From: Candidatus Thorarchaeota archaeon
GTDB taxonomy: Archaea > Asgardarchaeota > Thorarchaeia > Thorarchaeales > Thorarchaeaceae
NCBI GenBank assembly: GCA_003345555.1
Contig: PRDJ01000036.1
Coordinates: 60,001-92,000 of the forward strand
DNA: 32,000 bases
Direction: 5' to 3'
Shown one piece after another: positions 7,738 through 15,203 of the stretch. Numbering within the stretch: position 1 is the first letter of the stretch; every line of letters starts with the position of its first letter. The notes below the pieces were generated by a model that saw nothing but the letters and a program-made list of their open reading frames with translations, was not told the origin of the DNA and did not search any database. A program made the position numbers and the translations under genes.

Positions 7738-9033
7738 CTGGTCAAAGAAGTCCTCATCCTACGTGAAGGCGGAATTCCACTCTTTCATTACAGTGTTGGC
7801 GGCACAAAGAAGCTAGACGAACTCGTTGCAGCCTTCTTATCGGTCATGGGGTCTCTTGCAGAACGAGTAAGTGAACAGCAAATCAAAGTCGTATCGTTCG
7901 CCTCGAACAAGTTCGTCTGGCAACAAAAAGGCGACCTTCTATTCATAGCCCTGGTGTCGCAGGAAGACAGTGTAGAGATATACCGTGTGTTACTCCGGGA
8001 CCTTGCAGATCAGTTCGTAAGCACGTTCTACTCGGAACTGAAAAGTGGAACGAGTCAGTTCACTGTATTCAAAAGGTTCGCAGACACCGTTGAAGCTACA
8101 CTTCAAAGGTTCGATGGTATTCCGGGTCTGGCCCGACGCTACAAGATAGGCCTCCTGCCTGCTGACGATCTGAAGCGGCTAAGGATTGTCATGGCGCAAG
8201 CGGAGAGGCGTCCTGGCGTGATGAGAGGAGCAGTAATCACGCGTGACGGCTTTGTGCTTGCCTCCAACCTTAGGTCATACGAGATGGAAGCCTTGCTGGA
8301 TCTTCTGGATAGTCTGAGTTCCGCTCCTAAGTTAGCTGAAAGGAGCCTGACTCTTTCCCATACGAGCTTGGACCCGTTGACGCGCTTTTTCGTCACTAGG
8401 GCGGAGAATAACGTGTATTGTATATTCATCGTGAGTGCAGAGAAACCTGACAGCCAGCTCTTGAAGGGAGTTGAGCCTGTGCTCGCCGCTGTCGCTTCTC
8501 TTGACCAAACAAGCCTGAAAAGAGTTCTCCCCACATATCTAGCCGAGTCGACCGGATTCTACGAATATGATTTGGTCATACCGTTGATCCCTGTTGCAGA
8601 GGCGCTAGACAGCTCTAGCAGGTTTCTCGGCGGAATCGAGGACACCCTTCGAGCTAATGCTGTTACCGTCCTCAATATTGTAGACCAGAGGAACACAATC
8701 ACTGACATAGAAAGGAAGACGGGGTTTACGGCTGAGGAAACAACTGAAGTACTAGCCCATCTCGTCTCGAATGGCATTGTCAAAATAGCAAAGCTCTATC
8801 CCGTCATGGCTGAAAGGGACAGACGATTTGCGGCATTTCTTGAAGTCGCAGGAATGAATAATAGGGACTATCGCATAGTCGATGCCATCTGGCAGTATTG
8901 TACAGGAGCGTATTCGCTCAAGGAAGTGTCTGACGAAACAGAAATCCCCGCAGCTCGAATACTTGAGGTGCTCAAGTCGTTAGGCAAATACGTCAGATAT
9001 GAGACAGAAAGGGTGATGCAACACGTGCGCTGA
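7738..9033 (+). CDS. Longin + roadblock/LC7 + two winged-helix domain protein (paralog of 6738..7631), probable CTG start
   Basis: The frame is open upstream of the tracked ATG 7846 and encodes VKEVLILREGGIPLFHYSVGGTKKLDELVAAFLSV, clearly homologous to the paralog N-terminus. No in-frame ATG/GTG/TTG lies between the stops at 7687-7692 and 7846. Central roadblock motif: RPGVMRGAVITRDGFVLASN. C-terminal wHTH pair: VLNIVDQRNTITDIERKTG...LAHLVSNGIV and YCTGAYSLKEVSDETEI. Confidence 0.8.
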   Translation: MVKEVLILREGGIPLFHYSVGGTKKLDELVAAFLSVMGSLAERVSEQQIKVVSFASNKFVWQQKGDLLFIALVSQEDSVEIYRVLLRDLADQFVSTFYSELKSGTSQFTVFKRFADTVEATLQRFDGIPGLARRYKIGLLPADDLKRLRIVMAQAERRPGVMRGAVITRDGFVLASNLRSYEMEALLDLLDSLSSAPKLAERSLTLSHTSLDPLTRFFVTRAENNVYCIFIVSAEKPDSQLLKGVEPVLAAVASLDQTSLKRVLPTYLAESTGFYEYDLVIPLIPVAEALDSSSRFLGGIEDTLRANAVTVLNIVDQRNTITDIERKTGFTAEETTEVLAHLVSNGIVKIAKLYPVMAERDRRFAAFLEVAGMNNRDYRIVDAIWQYCTGAYSLKEVSDETEIPAARILEVLKSLGKYVRYETERVMQHVR

Positions 9034-9037
9034 CATA

Positions 9038-9787
9038 ACGTCGAAGATAGTGTGTATCCATAGCTTCAGGGGTGGAACTGGGAAGTCCAATATAGCAGCC
9101 AATCTTGCTGCAGTCGCTGCCCTCGATGGAAAGAGAGTTGCTGTCATAGACACCGATGTGGCGTCACCGGGAATACATGTAATCTTTGGACTAGGCAGGC
9201 AAAAACTGAAACACACACTTAATGACTACCTACGCGGAGAGTGTGATATCAAAGACGCCTGTATGGATATGACGAGCGAACTTGGTATCAGGCGAGGACA
9301 ACTGTTCTTGATTCCCAGTTCGATGAGCGCCACCGACATTACGCGTATTCTAAGAGAAGGTTTTGAGGTCAGCGATCTCAAGAACGGATTCACTGAAGTG
9401 ATCAAGGCAAAGAACCTCGATTACCTCATTATTGATACGCATCCGGGTCTTGACCGCGAGACTCTGCTGTCGATGGCCACGACAGACTTCCTGTTCGTGG
9501 TAGCCAGAATCGATGAGCAGGACCTACTCGGCACGGCAGCAACATTGAGCGTCGCCAGTAAATTGCAGGTGCCCGATACTCGAATTATCATCAACAAGAA
9601 GCCGAGCATCTACGAAGACAAGGCGATAATCGAGGAAGTTGAGCGGAAGTTCAAGACGAAGGTCGTTACAATCATCCCGATGCTGCAGATTCTCACCGAG
9701 GTTGGTAGTAGGTACATCGTCTGTTTGAAACATCCAGAGAGTGAATTCACTCAGCGGATGCAGGAGATCTACTCAGTCATCAAATAG
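9038..9787 (+). CDS. MinD/ParA-family (SIMIBI) ATPase
   Basis: Deviant Walker A SFRGGTGKS, VIDTDVASPGIH, and IIDTHPG Walker B/switch II. The track start is GTG 9050; in-frame ACG 9038 would restore the recalled family N-terminus MSKIV(S/C)IHSFRGGTGKSN. Confidence 0.92.
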   Translation, partial: TSKIVCIHSFRGGTGKSNIAANLAAVAALDGKRVAVIDTDVASPGIHVIFGLGRQKLKHTLNDYLRGECDIKDACMDMTSELGIRRGQLFLIPSSMSATDITRILREGFEVSDLKNGFTEVIKAKNLDYLIIDTHPGLDRETLLSMATTDFLFVVARIDEQDLLGTAATLSVASKLQVPDTRIIINKKPSIYEDKAIIEEVERKFKTKVVTIIPMLQILTEVGSRYIVCLKHPESEFTQRMQEIYSVIK

Positions 9788-10138
9788 CTCTGCATGCATT
9801 TCGTTTCAAGGCGAAAGCCAATCCCAACGTGGGACAAATATCAGTGCGAGAGCAGAGAGCAGAATAACCAACGATATGAGCAACACTATACACAGAAGAT
9901 TCCCATCCGGTTTCCGGTCTAGATGCTGAAAGCGATGATGACGAAAACGATGGATACGAATCACTATCGGCTCACGGTTGGGCGGGCTTGCTCGCATATT
10001 AAGTTGGTGCAGCACTGCCCCTGTTGAAATCCTGTCACGATTCCTGCCTGTCCTCCGAACTCTGATGCGACCACTCGATAACTACTGCTCGTCGCCGCAT
10101 TCTGGTGGCGTGACAAACTCTGTGGCCAGAAAGCAGGT

Positions 10139-10285
10139 CTATGTTACTTCAACCTTGGTGATTCGATCTAGGCTTACATCTTTCAGATTTGAAAGTACGG
10201 CCATGAAGACATCTTTGACAATCTTACCAGCAAACTGATTCATCACGATTTTCTTTCCTTTCACATAGAGTTCGATTTCGGTCAT
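10139..10285 (-). CDS. Small 48-aa protein resembling the MobB C-terminal-type small domain
   Basis: Below the ORF-track cutoff. Manual translation MTEIELYVKGKKIVMNQFAGKIVKDVFMAVLSNLKDVSLDRITKVEVT, with GTGAGG RBS upstream. Matches a recalled pattern (l.VnGk.i.lN.Fv..ii...i.a.v..LK.v..i..vei) of small archaeal proteins and MobB tails. Confidence 0.6.
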   Translation of the reverse strand: MTEIELYVKGKKIVMNQFAGKIVKDVFMAVLSNLKDVSLDRITKVEVT

Positions 10286-10457
10286 TTCGTTAACCTCACA
10301 ACGTTGATGATGAATTCCGGCTTTTATGCTTTGGAATATAGCATGAGCCGCTTCGTGGTTTTCAGCATGACCTTCGCTCGCTTAGTCCGATACGCATTTA
10401 TACCACCAGAAGCGGTCGTTGTCGCGTTACATGGACCATCGCCCTGAGGACTGACGG

Positions 10458-12395
10458 ATGGTACAATCGATTTCTTCTGAAACAGCCGCCTCAGAATCTG
10501 AGGCAACTAAAGCTGTAGATAAGCTCGCAGGAATTGGTGGTCTTGTCGGAGCTGCAGCTGCTGTAATTGGGCTTGCATCATTAGCTTTAGCTGGCATGGT
10601 TCCCGCTGGTACGGTTCTTGAAATCCCTTCACTAGGGCTTGAGCTGACCCAGAACCACACGAATATCGTTATTTCAGCAGTCTTCGTTGCCATTCTGGCT
10701 CTCGGGTTGTTCCTCCAGTACAGGGGAGCAAGAGTGATTGGTTCGCTTACAGAATCAAGGGTATCAATGTTGACACTCATCACGGGAATCGTTGCCCTTG
10801 GCACGACCTCCATAATCTTGGGTGGCCTTGGTGTTCCTGCGATTGAATCTACTCCTGTCAATACCTACAGATCGTCGGTCGCATTGGGTGGTGCGGTTTT
10901 CATTATCATGTGGCAGTTCGTTTCCATTACATACGTTGACTCAAGCAAGTCTTACAGGGGTATGGCAGCCGGCATGATGAACGGATTCTTTTTCCCTGCC
11001 CTAGCCATCAATGCTGCGGCAGGTTATGCACTATTACTTGGCGGCCAGCTTGCCATGATGGTTTTCTGGTGGGGTCCAAGATCCCAGATAAGGGAGTTCG
11101 CCCGAAGCACCGATACTGCCAAGTTCGCTTTTGGTTTGTCAGGATTCCTCACGTTCCTTATTGGCGGCTTTGCGGCCTTCGGGAGTGCACTCCAGTCTGT
11201 TGAAGGTGTTGGAGTCTGGCTGCCTTGGTCGAGCGCCACTGTTGTTGGATCAAAGGTAGTATACACAACTCCGCCTTGGTTTGTTCAGGCCCTTCTCTCA
11301 TCCATGTTGTTCTGGTCATTATTAGGACCCAGATTGGGCGCACGAGAGCTGCGCGAGTCCCAGATTTCTGAAGATATTGTCAAGGGCGCTTCGAAGTACT
11401 TGATGATATTCATGGCAATCCTGGGCATCATCGCCGCCGGTCAATGCGGCACAGGCGTTGCAACACCACGAGATTCGGATTTTCTTGTTCCGGCGTGGAG
11501 CATGTTCCAGTCATTGTGTCCCGCGGCTATTATGTTCCTCATGGGATCTAGCTATATGCGTTCGACTGATGTCGTGACGGGTCTGCCTTTGGTGTTGGCT
11601 TCTGTCTATGCCTTGATAGGACCCTATGTTCTATCCAGCGTTGCTATCTTCACATGGGCACTCTTGATACTCACCCAAGGAATACTCACGATTGAGACGA
11701 AGTTCCGCAAGTTCACTCACTTCTCACAGAAGTTCCTAACCGTCATCGTGACCGTAGTACCTTCTGTACTCTTTGTCCTTTTCATGTTGGGCGCCTTTGG
11801 AAGCGGTCCTCCTGCCTTATGGCCTGCCAACAGATGGTTCAACGTCGCACTGCTTGCAGGAATTCCACCTGATGTTCAAGGACCCACGATTATAGCCACG
11901 GTTTTGAGCTGTCTGCTTGTCCGGAACGTAGCATTGTCCGGATATGCTTTCGGTCGTGGCTACAGCCGCACAGGAGTGATTGGTGGCGTCAGTTTCCTTT
12001 TTGCGTTGATGATCATAACAATCTCCGGGAATGCGGGCGTCGTTCATCAGGCCCTGACAGCTGCGGCACTTTCCTTCGGCCTGTATGCCGTAAGCTATGT
12101 GCTTGTTCTTTCACTTAACCTGAACTTGGGCGCTGATATCCTGAAAGCGGGGCATCAGTTGGAAGGTCAGTTTGTAAGAGTAGCAGCTACTGCGGGCCTC
12201 GCGGCAGGAATACTAGTTGCCGTGTTCTTGTTCTTGGTATTCTCCGGAGCCCCTTTGGCTTCGGACATATCGATTGCCATCACTCTACTCGTCATGTTGA
12301 TAGCAGGTATCGAGATCACCTGTGTGATTACTTGGATCTCTGCCGGAATCAGACTCAAGATGTTAACAGAGGGTCTCAGACTCAAGATGCCGTGA
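10458..12395 (+). CDS. Large polytopic membrane protein of unknown function (about 17-19 TM segments)
   Basis: 645-aa ORF with GAGGA RBS, almost entirely Gly/Ala/Leu-rich hydrophobic helices with short loops. No family motif recognised. Confidence 0.8.
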   Translation: MVQSISSETAASESEATKAVDKLAGIGGLVGAAAAVIGLASLALAGMVPAGTVLEIPSLGLELTQNHTNIVISAVFVAILALGLFLQYRGARVIGSLTESRVSMLTLITGIVALGTTSIILGGLGVPAIESTPVNTYRSSVALGGAVFIIMWQFVSITYVDSSKSYRGMAAGMMNGFFFPALAINAAAGYALLLGGQLAMMVFWWGPRSQIREFARSTDTAKFAFGLSGFLTFLIGGFAAFGSALQSVEGVGVWLPWSSATVVGSKVVYTTPPWFVQALLSSMLFWSLLGPRLGARELRESQISEDIVKGASKYLMIFMAILGIIAAGQCGTGVATPRDSDFLVPAWSMFQSLCPAAIMFLMGSSYMRSTDVVTGLPLVLASVYALIGPYVLSSVAIFTWALLILTQGILTIETKFRKFTHFSQKFLTVIVTVVPSVLFVLFMLGAFGSGPPALWPANRWFNVALLAGIPPDVQGPTIIATVLSCLLVRNVALSGYAFGRGYSRTGVIGGVSFLFALMIITISGNAGVVHQALTAAALSFGLYAVSYVLVLSLNLNLGADILKAGHQLEGQFVRVAATAGLAAGILVAVFLFLVFSGAPLASDISIAITLLVMLIAGIEITCVITWISAGIRLKMLTEGLRLKMP

Positions 12396-12472
12396 TGATA
12401 GCGTTTCCATCACAAGCATTAGGCTCGATTGCTGATAGAGCTTGAAGGAGTCTCGGCTCTCATTGCGTGCAG

Positions 12473-13177
12473 TTACGCAGATGCAAGGTACGAACTCACG
12501 ATTTTCCTTCCGATATCGGGGTAATCAGTAATAATGCCATCCACCCCCAATGACAGAAGCTCATTCATTATGCGGGCATCGTTCACTGTCCAGGGGAAGA
12601 TCAGCAGACCTGATTCATGAGCCAAGTTGGCATGCTCCGGAGTCAAGAGAAAGGCCAGTGGGTTGATTGCGTTTGCCCCAAAGTCCAAAGCATACTTGAC
12701 CGGGTCGTCCATATATTCATCGTATAGAATCGCTGTCCCAACTTCTGAACTCATAGCCTTTAGATTCCTCAGAGTCGAATGCAGAAACGATGAGAAGAGG
12801 ACCGAGCATATCATGTTTCGCTCGGATACAATTCTAAACAGGACGTCCTCTATGCCTTTGACTTTGATTTCAATATCAACTCCGATTCTGCCGCGGGCGA
12901 AATCGAGCGCCTCTGTAAGAAGTGGTATCCTCTGGCCTTTGCCAACATCGAGACGCCTAATCTCCTCTAGTGTCATCTTAGCGACCAAGCCGCCGGTTTC
13001 CGAAACCTTTGAAACGTCACTGTCATGAATGCAGACTAGTTGACCGTCTGACGTGGCGCGAACATCTAGCTCTATCATATCCGCTTTCATTTTGTAAGCG
13101 GTCTCAAACGACAGCATTGTGTTTCCAGGCGCATAACCGTAGGCGCCTCGATGACCTATGACAATCACTTTCTGCAA
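12473..13177 (-). CDS. glpQ: Glycerophosphodiester phosphodiesterase (GDPD family)
   Basis: IGHRGAYGYAPGNT, IELDV..TSDG.LVCIHD, IEIK, SSF, FPWTVND and GVDGIITDYP motifs. TTG start with GGAGG RBS. Confidence 0.93.
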   Translation of the reverse strand: MQKVIVIGHRGAYGYAPGNTMLSFETAYKMKADMIELDVRATSDGQLVCIHDSDVSKVSETGGLVAKMTLEEIRRLDVGKGQRIPLLTEALDFARGRIGVDIEIKVKGIEDVLFRIVSERNMICSVLFSSFLHSTLRNLKAMSSEVGTAILYDEYMDDPVKYALDFGANAINPLAFLLTPEHANLAHESGLLIFPWTVNDARIMNELLSLGVDGIITDYPDIGRKIVSSYLASA

Positions 13178-13228
13178 GAACTACTCCTCCATCAAGAACC
13201 TAGCAACGGTTTCCTTCCGAATATCTCT

Positions 13229-13525
13229 TCAATCGTCCGATCTTCCCTTGCCGGTTCCCCCGCACCGAGGACATGTCTCTGGTCCCTTGACGCCGGGCAC
13301 CTTCCCGGTACCCTTGCAGAAGTAGCACTCAATTGCTGATGTATCAAGAGACCTGTCGATGCCTTTTGCCATTGCGCCGCCAACGCCCACTAGTACTACC
13401 CCTCCAAACATCGCAACTAAAGAGACAATGTACAATTCCTGAATGGGCAGGAGGACAAAGAACGAGATGATGAATACTATGACACCCGCAACTAGTAGGC
13501 CAGCACCCTTTGCCTTTCTACTCAT
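13229..13525 (-). CDS. Small two-TM membrane protein with a C-terminal DnaJ-type Zn finger (two CxxCxGxG motifs)
   Basis: From ATG 13525 (MSRKAKGAG): two hydrophobic helices, then CYFCKGTG and CPRCGGTG. The 40 extra upstream codons in the track look spurious. Confidence 0.75.
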   Translation of the reverse strand: MSRKAKGAGLLVAGVIVFIISFFVLLPIQELYIVSLVAMFGGVVLVGVGGAMAKGIDRSLDTSAIECYFCKGTGKVPGVKGPETCPRCGGTGKGRSDD

Positions 13526-13696
13526 CAGCCTGCACCCTGATATGTCTGCTATTCGCCAGATATGGTAAATCTGGTGGGTAACGTGCTTTTTCCGTCTTGC
13601 TGTGGGTCTATTTATACATCGTGCCTTCTCAATCCACGGTAGCAATCTACGACAAAGATAATAGCGCCCAGTCCAATCTCACGTAAAGGGAGTTCA

Positions 13697-14617
13697 ATGT
13701 CTCGGAGCGACATCTTCAGCAAATACGCACAAATGTACCAGAAAACGAGGTCACGTGAGATTGTTCCTGAAGGAGCCTTTGTCAGGCAGCTCACCGAGAT
13801 TCCCCGCGTGGGTCTTGATATCGGTCTTTTTTTCAAGACTCAAAAGGCCGAACAACCTGCACAGGTCTACATAGGCGAACCTCTGCCGCGAGAGTTAGCC
13901 CGCAATGAGGGCTTCTTGGAATCAGAAAGAAGCACCTACTTCAGCAAGACACTCCTCTCCGGGTTTCGATCGCTCGAGTATCTCAAGATAGCCCTTTCCG
14001 CCCGACGTGTCTTGCACAAGAAAGACGAGCGAGTTGAGTTCTTGAAGAAGTGTCAGAGCATCATTGACCTTCTCGTTAGAAAAGCGAGAAACGTTATACT
14101 TGCCGGCGACTTCTCACCATTCACTTTCGACACAAAAGTGAAGACTCTGGATTACTTCCTGTCAACCGACCTCGGGATGGATGAGGTTTCGGTCGAAGCC
14201 GCGGCGATACCTTTCACTATCGCTAGCCCGCAGTACCTCATGCTTACGAACAGCGAAATAATAGTGGTTGGAGAAGAGGCCCAAGTTCCTCACGGGGTGT
14301 TCTATTTCGTGGGCGGCATAGGCTACACTTTCGACAAGAAGGTGGGAGCCGTAAGCAAGGAACGGTTGTTCAAGCCGACCGGTGATCTCTCCGCTCAAGG
14401 AATAGACAATGCGTACGTTGAGAGAATGATATCTCGGGTAACAGAGGATTTCCAGACGCAGATTCACTCCATCATCTTCTCAGACATCTGGAAGAAAAGC
14501 AGTGCGAAGCCTGTCGGGGTGAACTTCGACGGAGACATGTTGGTCAAGGCAGAACAAAGCAGTGATTTGTGGACGGGTGTTTTCGAGGTGTATCTAAGGC
14601 CGCCAAGGATATCATGA
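13697..14617 (+). CDS. Hypothetical soluble protein (306 aa)
   Basis: Long ORF with GGGAG RBS and normal composition; no competing long ORF. No family recognised. Confidence 0.75.
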   Translation: MSRSDIFSKYAQMYQKTRSREIVPEGAFVRQLTEIPRVGLDIGLFFKTQKAEQPAQVYIGEPLPRELARNEGFLESERSTYFSKTLLSGFRSLEYLKIALSARRVLHKKDERVEFLKKCQSIIDLLVRKARNVILAGDFSPFTFDTKVKTLDYFLSTDLGMDEVSVEAAAIPFTIASPQYLMLTNSEIIVVGEEAQVPHGVFYFVGGIGYTFDKKVGAVSKERLFKPTGDLSAQGIDNAYVERMISRVTEDFQTQIHSIIFSDIWKKSSAKPVGVNFDGDMLVKAEQSSDLWTGVFEVYLRPPRIS

Positions 14618-14788
14618 AGGCCCAAGGGGTAGGAGCATAGCCAAGCAGACCAAGCGTTTGAAGCCTATCCTCGAAGGAGAAACCAGTTTGCCGAGCGTGG
14701 CAGGGCAATCAAGGGATGAGAGGGGTTGCGTTTCGTACAAGTATAAGATAAATGGCAGTTCTGCAACCTATAGGACCGGCAGATACAG

Positions 14789-15058
14789 ATGTTGCAGGGC
14801 CTTCCTCCAGCGGTATACGAGATTCTTGCTATCTTCATAATCATCATCGCGCTTGTTTTCTGTTGCAGTTGTTGCTGTCGAAGAAGACAGAAGGTCGTGA
14901 AGGAAGTACACTATGTGGAAAGGCCTTCTGAAACTCCAGGCACGAGGGTCGTAGAAACCCAGAGGGTCATAGAGAAGGTCTTGGTAGTGTGTCCGTTCTG
15001 TGGTGCCAAGAACGAACAGGGGATGACCATCTGCAAGAATTGCGGCGCTAAAATCTGA
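14789..15058 (+). CDS. Small single-TM protein with juxtamembrane Cys string and C-terminal double Zn ribbon
   Basis: ILAIFIIIIALVF-CCSCCC-RRRQK, a charged linker, then CPFCGAKNEQGMTICKNCGAKI (zinc_ribbon_2-type). Confidence 0.8.
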   Translation: MLQGLPPAVYEILAIFIIIIALVFCCSCCCRRRQKVVKEVHYVERPSETPGTRVVETQRVIEKVLVVCPFCGAKNEQGMTICKNCGAKI

Positions 15059-15203
15059 GAAGAAGAGAGTATGTCTCGTTCTTCGTCTCACGTTGTGCGA
15101 CCCCACTCAATGCGATGCTCATGAAATAGCCATCAAGTGACAAAGCGGCCATCCGTCCTCCGCAACCAGCAAGCAGAATACGTGGAACTCGCCACTGTCC
15201 AGA

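Noticed and set aside
9790-10138. ORF 9806..10015 (-) with one hydrophobic stretch; possible ncRNA or pseudogene in this gap
   Set aside because: No clear RBS, no recognisable motif, and no SRP or RNase P consensus. It may be a small membrane protein, but I cannot support it.
14090-14255. VILAGDFS...SPQYLMLT in the 306-aa protein resembles an HK97 capsid/encapsulin C-terminal segment or the EEP nuclease GDFN motif
   Set aside because: The motif is mid-protein rather than C-terminal, the EEP Asn and other catalytic motifs are missing, and there are no viral or cargo genes nearby.
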